Virus record (IMG/VR): IMGVR_UViG_3300048996_000065
Span: 1,460 to 65,459 of that record
Reading direction: 5' to 3' (one strand)
Source of the DNA: a virus
Taxonomy: Duplodnaviria; Caudoviricetes
Length of the DNA: 64,000 nucleotides
The notes beneath the pieces were generated by a model that saw only the letters and a program-made list of their open reading frames with translations, had not been told where the DNA came from and made no database searches. The number at the start of each line of letters is the position of its first letter. Position 1 is the stretch's first letter. Below, one piece after another: positions 55,303 through 64,000 of the stretch. A program made the translations under genes and the position numbers.

Positions 55303-56365
55303 TTCTTGTACTCCGATAGATTTCCAACGCGCCTCTTCGAGGTGCGGGCAATCGCTTTATACTTCCGCCTCGAGCTTTTCCTTGACCCTGGATTCCTTGC
55401 CACAGGGAGAAGATAGATCCGAGTTGCTCCAATCCGCTAGGACCGTAAACCTCCGCTGGCCCCGTATCCGTGGTCTGAGTAGACGACGAGTAAGGGATGC
55501 CACGAATAATCGAGGATAGCCAGTCGGTGGTGTTTCGATCGAAATTCGTTTGATTCTGGAAGTCACCATAGGCAAGATCCAGATTTCGTTGATTCTGGTT
55601 CTGTTGATCCTTGCCCGCCGTTGCTAGTTGCGTGATATCGCCCGCGTTCATTCGTTGCTGAGCCTCGGCGAGCGCGCCAAGCCCCTGACCGGCTTGCAAA
55701 CGATTGCCGGCATCACTCGCGGCCAGGTTACCGACAGTCTGCCCCGCTTGGAGCTGACGACTCATATCCTGGTTGTAAATGTTGGCACCGGATTCGTATG
55801 CACCAGCCAGAGCCGCATTGGCTTGGCTCTGAACGCCTTCCGTGATATCCCTCAGCCCTCGACCTACCGCGCGCTGTTGACCGGCAGACCCGTATGTACC
55901 CGCTTTGATGAAATTGCTGTTGATCGCCGGCATCAGCTTTTCTTGCAAAGCTCGTTGAGCCAAATCCGTCGATCGATCAATCACGTTTTTCGTATACGGG
56001 TTCATGTACTGTTCGACTGAATCCGTATATGACCCACCCGCTTTATTCAGGAATGGTTGAGCTTGCTGAAGCGCTCCCGGACCCGAGGCGACACTATTGA
56101 ACGCACCCTGAGCGGCATTCATCCCGGGTTTCCATGCTCCCGCAGTACTGCCCGCCTGATTCTGCGCCGCTTGTTGCAGGGGTGTGAATCCCGCAATACG
56201 TGGACCCCCATACTGCTGGTAGGGTTCGGCAGCCACGGTATTAGCGCGAGCAACCAACCCCTGCGTGTAGTCGTTCAGCCAGGACGGGACGTTGGTTGTG
56301 CTAGAGCCATACGTCGTGACGCTGGCTGGCGGACGTCCTTCAAATAAGAAATCTGTGATACTCAC
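55292..56365 (-). CDS. Internal virion / DNA pilot protein
   Basis: PYQQYGGPRIAGFTPLQQ, YMNPYT..V, Gln/Ala-rich; KARGGSI. Confidence 0.7.
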   Translation of the reverse strand: MSITDFLFEGRPPASVTTYGSSTTNVPSWLNDYTQGLVARANTVAAEPYQQYGGPRIAGFTPLQQAAQNQAGSTAGAWKPGMNAAQGAFNSVASGPGALQQAQPFLNKAGGSYTDSVEQYMNPYTKNVIDRSTDLAQRALQEKLMPAINSNFIKAGTYGSAGQQRAVGRGLRDITEGVQSQANAALAGAYESGANIYNQDMSRQLQAGQTVGNLAASDAGNRLQAGQGLGALAEAQQRMNAGDITQLATAGKDQQNQNQRNLDLAYGDFQNQTNFDRNTTDWLSSIIRGIPYSSSTQTTDTGPAEVYGPSGLEQLGSIFSLWQGIQGQGKARGGSIKRLPAPRRGALEIYRSTRNGR

Positions 56366-57852
56366 AGGTATTCCTCCGGATTCTTTGCACTAGAACTGAA
56401 CTTTCCCTTGGATAAAGCTTTTCCCTTATGCATACGTAATTTCTTACGTAACGCATCTAAGCGACGAGCCCCCTCATCGGTACTTCCGTCGCCTAGCAAT
56501 GCCACGGTCTCGGCATCGAAGACATATTCACCGTCAGAAAGGCGGGCAGGAATATCATCACTCCTGCCCGTGCCTGGACCCCGGACGAGACGACTAAGCG
56601 CGCCTCCTCCTTGACCATAGCCAAGATCGATGCCTCCGCCTCTCGCAGCGCCGACAGGACGGGGCTCTCGGTCATAGAACTGAAACTCAGGACCCGCTCC
56701 ATACGAGTAGTAATCAGAAATGTCTCCGGTTCTGGATCGACCCAAATAATCGACCGGAGCCATCGAATTGGTTCCTTGGTTGAAACCATCGGGAGGAGCG
56801 GGAGGACCACCGCCACCAGCACCACCTCCACCCATAAGAGTTCCGATAGCACCTACGCCACCCGCAATATCTTTCCAATTGCCCATATCGGAACCGTAGG
56901 CAAGAGTTCGATCCCACAGACTCGGCTCCGGCGGCAAGGACGGCTCAGGGATTCCCAGCTCCTCCGCCGTGGGAGCGTTCGGATCTTTATACGTATCTCG
57001 GTACTCCTTCACCTCGTTCGGGTTCTGGTAGCTGTCTACCCCATGAGCAACTTGACCCAAGGCTCCTAAACCAGCGGCAGCATCGGCGGCTGATAGACCG
57101 CTTCCAAGACCAGAAGCGGTAACGGTGACTCCCTCAATTCCTGCGGGTATTGCCGAACCCGCTCCACCCGCGACGTTAGCAACGGTGTTAAGAGCCCCAC
57201 CAGCCTCTCCGGCGGTTCCTAAAGCTCCGCCGGCATCTGCCGCATTACCAGCAGCCCCAGCAGCCCCTAAACCGGCCGTGGCAATGGCCATCAACGGGAT
57301 CTTGTTCTCTTTCACCGCATCCTGGATGTAATGGTGATTGTCTTTGTAAGTATTCTTTAAGTGTTCTTTCGAGAACAGCTTTTCACCGTTCCTCAGACGA
57401 TCCACTCGATCTTTGATATGGTAAGTGGGCGATAACGCTTTGTGAGCGGAATAGCCAGCCGAGAGACCATGTAAGGGTGTGCCGACTCCAGCAATACCCT
57501 CCCCATGCTTGATATCCTCGATGTCCTGTTTATTGATCGTCCAGGGTGTTGCACTTTTCACGATGGACTTACCAATGCTTTTCACGGCCTTCTTCAGCTT
57601 CGACATGAAGCCGTACTCGGGAAGACCCGTATGAGGGTTGTACGAAGGCTCTCCCCAGATTTTCTGGAGTTGCTGGAATTCTTCCGGGTTGATATGAATC
57701 AACACGTCGTCTCCCATCCGGCCACGACCGCGTACGGCTTCGGCCGCACGAGCGAGCCCGCCTTCCGCGAATCGAGCCACCGGACGGGGCTCATACACGC
57801 GAACGGTGATTACCTCACCATCTCCAAGATTCGCGCTGCGAATGCTCTTCAT
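56362..57852 (-). CDS. Internal virion protein with two conserved domains following AxGG motifs
   Basis: FAEGGL...GRMGDDVLIHINPEE...NPHTGLPEY and GPGTGRSDDIPARLSDGEYVF. Confidence 0.7.
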   Translation of the reverse strand: MKSIRSANLGDGEVITVRVYEPRPVARFAEGGLARAAEAVRGRGRMGDDVLIHINPEEFQQLQKIWGEPSYNPHTGLPEYGFMSKLKKAVKSIGKSIVKSATPWTINKQDIEDIKHGEGIAGVGTPLHGLSAGYSAHKALSPTYHIKDRVDRLRNGEKLFSKEHLKNTYKDNHHYIQDAVKENKIPLMAIATAGLGAAGAAGNAADAGGALGTAGEAGGALNTVANVAGGAGSAIPAGIEGVTVTASGLGSGLSAADAAAGLGALGQVAHGVDSYQNPNEVKEYRDTYKDPNAPTAEELGIPEPSLPPEPSLWDRTLAYGSDMGNWKDIAGGVGAIGTLMGGGGAGGGGPPAPPDGFNQGTNSMAPVDYLGRSRTGDISDYYSYGAGPEFQFYDREPRPVGAARGGGIDLGYGQGGGALSRLVRGPGTGRSDDIPARLSDGEYVFDAETVALLGDGSTDEGARRLDALRKKLRMHKGKALSKGKFSSSAKNPEEYL

Positions 57853-57854
57853 CG

Positions 57855-58109
57855 TTAATCTCCCGCAAAGACCGCATCATTAAAATCTATTGCCCAATCC
57901 TCGAATTCTTCCTCTTCATACTGATCCGGGTTGGGGGGATCAAAGATCGAAAGTTCAGAAAGCTGAATCACGCCGCGAGCCCAGTCTTTCCAAGACATCC
58001 CCGGTACTAGGATAGGGATAGTGCCGAAGGAGTCCAGTTCGAGCACCATTCTATCACACCAGTCCTCCGGTGTCGTGCGACGTGGATCAATGAGCTGGAT
58101 AGTGCTCAT
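57855..58109 (-). CDS. Small conserved tail-module protein
   Basis: DPR.....W...W..WA......P.P.Y..F.DWA..F. Confidence 0.55.
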   Translation of the reverse strand: MSTIQLIDPRRTTPEDWCDRMVLELDSFGTIPILVPGMSWKDWARGVIQLSELSIFDPPNPDQYEEEEFEDWAIDFNDAVFAGD

Positions 58110-59641
58110 TGGGTAAGACGTCCATCGTTTTCACCCAGATGAGCCATGACTTTACCCATCTCGTAATTACCGCCCGTAGTATTCGACTCGAACCTAAATC
58201 GTAGAATACGTCGGACTGCATCCTTTAGATCAACCAGCTGAAACTCAGCTGTAGCCGGGCCGGGCGCAAACGTCTTAGTGGCCGCATCAATCGTGGCGGA
58301 TCGAGTATTCGCTTCTCCTACTACCGTCAAGTTCAAATTCCCAACCTGAACGAAGTCCGGTTCTACCCGAGACACTCTCAGGGAATTTGAAGACGGTTTA
58401 TCCGAATCCATCAGGGAGATATCCCCAGTTTCGAAGTAGGACCGAATCGGTTGAACCGAGCTGGCTACGATCTCGTCCGTACCAATTTCATGCTGCCACA
58501 AGCGGTAGGCGGGAGCGGCTGTTGGGGTAAGCCCGGTCATGAACGGACGATTATAAGTCTTCGCATAGATGCCGTCGGTGCGACCAGAATTGGGTAACGG
58601 AGTGTCATACCAATAGTTTTCTCGGTAGTTATAGATCACCGCATGATTGCACTCGGTAGCATTACCCGATGGAAAGCACCACCATATCTCAGCAAACCGA
58701 GGAACCTTGTAAGCGAAGACTTTCTGACGCTGATTGAAATTCAGGTTGTCTAGGAAGAAATTCACGTTCATGGTATTTGGGATTTCTCGAACCACGCCGT
58801 TGAACATGTAAAAGGTATCTACTCCCGCCCAGTAGTAGATACCCGCATGGGAGATGATCGAACGTGACGACATCACCGAGATAGAGTCATCGATGGTATC
58901 GAAGGCAAAAATACCGTCAGCGGGGTCCGCGCTATTGAACGTGGCCCGAATCAGGGAATCCAACGACCAGAGCAATCCAGCTGGACCACCGCCGCCACCG
59001 CGTAGCGATAGCCCGCGAATAAGTTTAGAGCCCGTGACAAAAGCACTATCCACCGGAGGCACCGATAGATCTTCCAGATCCGAGATATCAACGCGTCCCG
59101 CATTACTGAAAGCCAACAGGTAGGGGTATAGAACGAGGATACCACCACTGACAGGATCCATCGCCGTAGCGGTCAGGACTCCCGTTGCCGTCATATCGCC
59201 AACGAAAATGTCGGTTTCAACCGCATTGTCGATGTCGGAGAGATTTTGACCCGGATGTGCAATCAATCGAGCGTTACCGCCAGTGGGGTCTGCCAGAGTA
59301 TCGAATTGCCAGAGATTGGTGGCATTCGGCGCAAAGGTACCCGCAGGAGTGCGATCTGATAACCCTAGAAAGTTACCGGTGAAATTCGATCTAACCTGAT
59401 TCAACTCGGTAGCTGATCCTAGATGTTGAAAGATAGTGCCGCTTTGCGAAAACGACGTCATGCCATAAACCAGCTCAGGGAGGGTTTCGGTCAACGCTTG
59501 ATAGCCCGCCATCTTGCGAGGTAGTCCGCGTTGAAATCGGCACCACAACCCATCGGAATAGGCATCACTTGCAAACCGGGTTCCATCCCGTTGGATACCC
59601 GGAGCTGATCGAATTGGTGTAGGAGCTGTTTTGCTAGTCAT
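58106..59641 (-). CDS. Tail nozzle / head-stabilisation protein (P22 gp10-like role)
   Basis: PGIQRDGT, W.RFQRGLPRKM.GY, YWAGVD.FY.FNG.V, EIWWCFP...ECNHAVIYN. Confidence 0.75.
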   Translation of the reverse strand: MTSKTAPTPIRSAPGIQRDGTRFASDAYSDGLWCRFQRGLPRKMAGYQALTETLPELVYGMTSFSQSGTIFQHLGSATELNQVRSNFTGNFLGLSDRTPAGTFAPNATNLWQFDTLADPTGGNARLIAHPGQNLSDIDNAVETDIFVGDMTATGVLTATAMDPVSGGILVLYPYLLAFSNAGRVDISDLEDLSVPPVDSAFVTGSKLIRGLSLRGGGGGPAGLLWSLDSLIRATFNSADPADGIFAFDTIDDSISVMSSRSIISHAGIYYWAGVDTFYMFNGVVREIPNTMNVNFFLDNLNFNQRQKVFAYKVPRFAEIWWCFPSGNATECNHAVIYNYRENYWYDTPLPNSGRTDGIYAKTYNRPFMTGLTPTAAPAYRLWQHEIGTDEIVASSVQPIRSYFETGDISLMDSDKPSSNSLRVSRVEPDFVQVGNLNLTVVGEANTRSATIDAATKTFAPGPATAEFQLVDLKDAVRRILRFRFESNTTGGNYEMGKVMAHLGENDGRLTQ

Positions 59642-59643
59642 GT

Positions 59644-60042
59644 TTAATAGAACTCAACTCGACGATCCAAACCGATCGCAGTGTTCCAAACGGGGTTAGA
59701 TCCGGTTCCGAATGACCAAGAGCTGGTGCCAGCACCAGAGTACGTTGCATCTTTGCTGAAATATCGACGCATAGTATTCGAGTCATCCCAGATTCTCAAC
59801 TCAGTCCAAAATCCCTGGGTTCGGTCCGAGTTGGTAAACCAAATCTGCAAGTCGATCGAGCCGGGAAGACAGAGAATACGCCTAATCGGTGCCCCCCAAG
59901 CGGGGTTTCCGATCAACTGTGTATAAGAACCGGTAGGGCCAATTGGAAAGGCGGCAGCAAATCCACGCGCCCCGGAGCTTGAACCAATGTTTATGGTAGC
60001 TGCGTTTTTCAACCCACCCATTGATGCGGCCATGATTAGCAT
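59644..60042 (-). CDS. Tail fibre accessory protein
   Basis: Coupled to the upstream fibre gene. Confidence 0.45.
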   Translation of the reverse strand: MLIMAASMGGLKNAATINIGSSSGARGFAAAFPIGPTGSYTQLIGNPAWGAPIRRILCLPGSIDLQIWFTNSDRTQGFWTELRIWDDSNTMRRYFSKDATYSGAGTSSWSFGTGSNPVWNTAIGLDRRVEFY

Positions 60043-61655
60043 TATGCGACTCCTGGTCCGCCAATCACCCAGGTTGTTGATGCTCCCTTTACAAGAGTAG
60101 CGATACCGTTTTGACTCAACGTTCTAGTACCCGTCAGTGTCGAACCCGCGAGATACATCGTATCTGTTGTGATCCCGATGCTAAGAGACGCCGCATCGAG
60201 ATTAACGATAAGAATGATAGTACCGATGGGGAACGCTACCGACGCGTTTGAGGGGATCGTATACGTATCACCAAAGCCCGCGCCATTCGCATGCAAAATC
60301 ATCAAACCTCGGTCGGTGATGATGATTCCATAGTTTCCAGCCTGAATATTCGGCGGAGCATCAAGATATCCGACTTGACTGCCGTCCGTACCCGTCCTAT
60401 CAACGGTCAGGGTTCTGTCGGCAGAAAGATCTCCACCTCCAAGTAATCCGGTAGACGTGGATACCAGTCGAGCTGTACTTACCGCCGCGATAGCTGCACG
60501 AGCTGCCGCCGCATCCACGGCCGTAAACAGAGCCGCACCCGTGACCGTAGCCCCCAGGTTCGTTCGGGCTGACGCCGCATTAATAGCACCAGTACCGCCT
60601 TGATTCACTGCCACAGGAAATGAAATCGTAGCGGTTTCTGCCGCCACGGCGTTGGTGCCATCGCAATAAAGGATGTTGCGGGCGGTTTGTTGAACCTCGA
60701 CTCCCGGAACCTGAGCGATGGTTTTGACGAACAGACTGAAGGCTCCACTTGTCTGATTGTCAACCCAGTACTCATCGGTGGTATTAGGAACAATGATGTT
60801 TCTAGTTCCTACCAGCGCTCCCGTAAAGCGGTACCCGATTTGTCCCAGTTCTGCACCCGTCAGAGTATAGTCGCCGCTGCCGGCCACGTTGATGGTGATG
60901 AAACCAAATCCGGTTCCGCCCCCCCCGCTGCTATTACCGAAACCGATCGTGAAGTAGTCGATACCATCGCAGACAACGAATCCCGAGTCACCCGGAGCAA
61001 ATGTGACAGAAGCCGCTCCATTGATAGTACCAGATGGTGGCGCTACTGTTAGATCACCACTACCGGAATTTCGGATGATCGTGTACCAATCAGCACCGAC
61101 ACCCGCCGCAGAGGGTAGATCGAAAGCGCCGACACCGCTAGTCCAGACTAGAGCTAGGGCTCGATCCGCGTCTACGATCGAGTAATTGACTGACTTGGGT
61201 GAGACAGCAATTCTGGCATTCAGGGTTGTCGTAATGGCCTTTAAACCTGCCCCAGCCAGGGCGGCAGCATTCGATACGGATACTGATGCGCCAAACTGGA
61301 AGGTTCGCCAAAGTCCTGCCGCTGTCGAATTATCTCTCAGGTAAATCATCCAGGTTGATCCGGATACCAGAGAAATGATGGTGGCTCCGGTCGAATCTCG
61401 GATAGTCACAGTGTCGGAGCCAACGTTATTGAACAGTACATTGGTACCCGGGGATACCAAAGTGGCATCCGGCATATCAACATTCAAGCCGGGATTGCCG
61501 GCATTCAAGTCAATGATGTCCGCTACCACATTGGCCCCACCGAAGGACTGCTCTAATGGCCAGGTTAGAACCGCATCGGCGGAAATCGTCAGCGCCAAGT
61601 ATGATAGCTGCGACGGCGAAACCGGTTGACCACCAAATACTTCATCGAAAGGCAT
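60042..61655 (-). CDS. Tail fibre / tail appendage protein
   Basis: Conserved N-terminus FGG..V.PS..SY, VNQGGTGA...SARTNLG, GLLGGGDLSADRTL, TIPSNASVAFPIGT. Confidence 0.75.
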   Translation of the reverse strand: MPFDEVFGGQPVSPSQLSYLALTISADAVLTWPLEQSFGGANVVADIIDLNAGNPGLNVDMPDATLVSPGTNVLFNNVGSDTVTIRDSTGATIISLVSGSTWMIYLRDNSTAAGLWRTFQFGASVSVSNAAALAGAGLKAITTTLNARIAVSPKSVNYSIVDADRALALVWTSGVGAFDLPSAAGVGADWYTIIRNSGSGDLTVAPPSGTINGAASVTFAPGDSGFVVCDGIDYFTIGFGNSSGGGGTGFGFITINVAGSGDYTLTGAELGQIGYRFTGALVGTRNIIVPNTTDEYWVDNQTSGAFSLFVKTIAQVPGVEVQQTARNILYCDGTNAVAAETATISFPVAVNQGGTGAINAASARTNLGATVTGAALFTAVDAAAARAAIAAVSTARLVSTSTGLLGGGDLSADRTLTVDRTGTDGSQVGYLDAPPNIQAGNYGIIITDRGLMILHANGAGFGDTYTIPSNASVAFPIGTIILIVNLDAASLSIGITTDTMYLAGSTLTGTRTLSQNGIATLVKGASTTWVIGGPGVA

Positions 61656-61658
61656 AAG

Positions 61659-62321
61659 TTAATCCTTCGTCCGTACGACTGAACGATCGATAATTCTTTG
61701 GATATCCTCTCCATCAAGAAGAGACATCGCCGTGGTGAACAGATTACCCCAAGTGGTCATGCGCTCGTCGTTCTTTAGGAACGGTTCGCATTCCAACAGG
61801 GTTCGATAGAGTAACGCGTCGGGCGCAAGCTCAGTGAGCCAGTTAGTCTGATTTGATAGGTCCAAGAAAGCTGGCTGCTGATAATACAGGATTTCCCAGG
61901 GATAGGTCAGCACCGGAGTGGGTACAACCAGCCAATGGTAGTAATCGTAGTCGCAGTAAAACTCAGGAACATCTCGCTCATCCGAGTCCGGCCAATAAGC
62001 TCGGCAGTATTCATATGAGCGAGGGAAAAGAAATTTTCGACTGTTTTGGGTCAATCCCGTTCCGAAGTTCATGCTGACCGTATTGCGCCATCGATCGGGC
62101 TTCTGATAAACGGATGTACCCGCAACCAACCCACCCGTCGGGGGAACGCTTTGAACCACATTCTGAGTTCCTAGAACTTTCAATCCACGAGCAATGTTAC
62201 GCTCAGCCAGATTGATCAGGGAAGGGAGCTGAGCGTATACTTCCGTATCCGTCACTCCCCCCCGTTCGAGGTATCTCTTAAGGTCAACCAAAAGAGAATT
62301 GAAAGTCATTGCCGTAGCCAT
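61659..62321 (-). CDS. Head-tail adaptor / tail tubular protein
   Basis: MTFNSL...YLER, INLAE..I, PTP..Y..EILYY, NWLT..APD.LLY..L.E..PFLKNDER. Confidence 0.75.
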   Translation of the reverse strand: MATAMTFNSLLVDLKRYLERGGVTDTEVYAQLPSLINLAERNIARGLKVLGTQNVVQSVPPTGGLVAGTSVYQKPDRWRNTVSMNFGTGLTQNSRKFLFPRSYEYCRAYWPDSDERDVPEFYCDYDYYHWLVVPTPVLTYPWEILYYQQPAFLDLSNQTNWLTELAPDALLYRTLLECEPFLKNDERMTTWGNLFTTAMSLLDGEDIQRIIDRSVVRTKD

Positions 62322-62339
62322 CAGAGATACCTCAGCCGA

Positions 62340-62654
62340 TTACTCAGAGTCCGTTGGAACTTCCGGAGCCGGCGGATTGAACAACATCTCGGCCGCATCC
62401 GCTCGCGCTTTGAAATCGTGCCAGACTTCTCGCGGGGGGTCTTCACCAACTGCCAGGGATTGGATGAGATCGTGAAGCTCCTTGAACTCGTTCCGAGCTT
62501 CGACCCCACGCTCCACGGCCGTGGCTGCAAAATTCAAACTGGCGTTGATGGCCGCTCCCCGATAGCCCAGGGATGGGTCTTTCGCAATCACTGCGAGTGC
62601 CCGAATGAAAGCAGGCAACAGGGATACGACGGGGTTGGGTGTTGGAGTATCCAT
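62340..62654 (-). CDS. Lysis-module hypothetical protein
   Basis: Coupled to the upstream membrane/lipoprotein gene. Confidence 0.5.
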   Translation of the reverse strand: MDTPTPNPVVSLLPAFIRALAVIAKDPSLGYRGAAINASLNFAATAVERGVEARNEFKELHDLIQSLAVGEDPPREVWHDFKARADAAEMLFNPPAPEVPTDSE

Positions 62655-63301
62655 TATTTCACCTTATCGATTTCGGTTTGAAGATCGTCGAGTAACGGTT
62701 TGGCCGTCAGATACCAGTTGAGAAGATTCGCCGTAGCGATCTGAAGTTTCTCTTCGGTGGTCTTCCCGGCATCGAGTAAGTCTTTGACATCCAGGTATGC
62801 CATGTAAGCGTCGTACAGGGAATTCATCGGCTTCGTGGTAGCGTCGTTGGCTTTCTTCAATGCCGCCTTCACTTCCTCGGGAGTCGCCGAATCAACGTAG
62901 ATTTTGGCCGCTTGGTCCTTGACGATCGCATACGACCCGAAAGCCGCTAGGGCCGCTTGGGGCGGGCTCTGAGCTGCTTCGAAGGGGTTCGTTGCGGCAC
63001 AGCCCGGTAATACGATCGCAGCCGGGATAGCGAGCGCTAATAGGAGCGCAAGCATGGCCGGACGAGCGAACCCACCCTGGGGACTACCTGAGCTACCTGG
63101 ACCGTTCGTAAAACCCCGCTTCACAATCAAGGCACCTAAGAAGGCATTGGCGAATAGCCAATACTTCATATCATCCGCTGGAATCAGCCCCTCGATACTC
63201 AAGGCCGTTGCAACGAACAGAGAAATCGTTCCCGTGATCGAACCCAGAATTTTAGTTCCGTGTCCAACCCAGAAAGCGTATAGCTCTTTTAACACGTTCA
63301 T
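62654..63301 (-). CDS. Holin-like membrane protein fused to a lipoprotein segment
   Basis: Two N-terminal hydrophobic helices, then QGGFARPAMLALLLALAIPAAIVLPGC lipobox; adjacent to endolysin. Confidence 0.55.
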   Translation of the reverse strand: MNVLKELYAFWVGHGTKILGSITGTISLFVATALSIEGLIPADDMKYWLFANAFLGALIVKRGFTNGPGSSGSPQGGFARPAMLALLLALAIPAAIVLPGCAATNPFEAAQSPPQAALAAFGSYAIVKDQAAKIYVDSATPEEVKAALKKANDATTKPMNSLYDAYMAYLDVKDLLDAGKTTEEKLQIATANLLNWYLTAKPLLDDLQTEIDKVK

Positions 63302-63720
63302 TATTTCACTCCTTCATGCTCGATAGAGATATGATTGCCGTCATTCCACCTTCCACCCCAGCGGCAAAGAGGGTGCAAGCTTTCCCAGTATTCTCCCAGC
63401 TCATTCCAATCCTCGCTTTTGGTCAGATAGATTCCATTCTTGAAAGCGTTCATATCGATCGCTAGTTGATTACCGTGAGCGGTGTTACGGATGCCGTTCG
63501 CCGGTCCGTTATTTCGAATCTTGGCGGCGAGCCCGGGAAATATCTTTTCAACCATTCTTGCAACGTTTTCTCTGCCACCTTGACCGATGGCATTGATCTC
63601 AGCTTGTTCATCGGATCGCTTGGCTTCACCGAAAGAGAATTCATAGCCTCTCTCAAGAGCCCATTGCAACCAATGACTGAAGAGTCGAACGAATAGCTTT
63701 TGTTTTTGACCGAGAGTCAT
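63301..63720 (-). CDS. Endolysin, peptidase M15 family
   Basis: GEAKRS.EQ, TAH...LAID, RWGGRW.DGNH.S. Confidence 0.85.
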   Translation of the reverse strand: MTLGQKQKLFVRLFSHWLQWALERGYEFSFGEAKRSDEQAEINAIGQGGRENVARMVEKIFPGLAAKIRNNGPANGIRNTAHGNQLAIDMNAFKNGIYLTKSEDWNELGEYWESLHPLCRWGGRWNDGNHISIEHEGVK

Positions 63721-64000
63721 ACGTCAATCCCCAGTTCTTGGCAAGTCGGAACTTGAAGCAAAACACCTTTCATAGCTATCGCGTATTCTCGATGCATTTT
63801 GTTCACTTGGTTGATGTAGAATTGCAAGGCAACATAATTTTGACTCTTTTGAGACTCGCAGCGAAGCTTCTGGGCTTCGTAGATACGTTGTTCCAAAAGA
63901 TCCACCTTGATGTCTTTCACTTCCTGAGATAGAGACTTGAAATCGGCCGCTGTAGCAAATCCTTCACCAAAACCGAATCTGGCTAACCACCCGCAAGCAT
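63717..64000 (-). CDS. Partial membrane-anchored protein upstream of endolysin (5' truncated)
   Basis: Frame is open to the window edge: ...ACGWLARFGFGEGFATAADFKSLSQEVKDIKVDLL... Confidence 0.5.
   Translation of the reverse strand, partial: ACGWLARFGFGEGFATAADFKSLSQEVKDIKVDLLEQRIYEAQKLRCESQKSQNYVALQFYINQVNKMHREYAIAMKGVLLQVPTCQELGIDV

Noticed and set aside
1-64000. Lysogeny module, introns or inteins
   Set aside because: No integrase, CI-like repressor, intein motifs or interrupted core genes were recognised

Overview
Most of the genome of a lytic, podovirus-like tailed bacteriophage; no integrase or repressor was seen and the host is probably a proteobacterium. The window appears circularly permuted. 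Minus strand 1-20 kb: tail fibre, adaptor, major capsid (MCP), scaffold, GroES, portal, terminases, then an accessory/anti-defence cluster (NADAR, Acb2-like, small ORFs resembling MCP fragments). An AT-rich divergent control region lies at about 20.1-20.9 kb. Plus strand 21-32 kb: small early genes, with an intergenic type II hammerhead ribozyme at 27138-27202. A reversed primase-polymerase/helicase follows. Plus strand 34.7-48.7 kb: nucleotide metabolism and replication (dNMP kinase, dCTPase/dUTPase-like, ThyX, three thymidylate-synthase-fold paralogues, dCMP deaminase, UDG-fused DNA polymerase A, Cas4-like nuclease, AAA ATPase, SSB, SNF2 helicase). Minus strand 48.7-64 kb: internal virion proteins, tail and lysis genes. 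The main candidate novel systems are (1) a recurrent x-A-[EKR]-G-G-x-V motif shared by seven virion genes that delimits cargo cassettes, one ART-like; (2) stand-alone MCP-fragment genes inside the anti-defence cluster; (3) a three-TS-paralogue cytosine-modification pathway. All calls come from motif recognition by eye; no searches were run.
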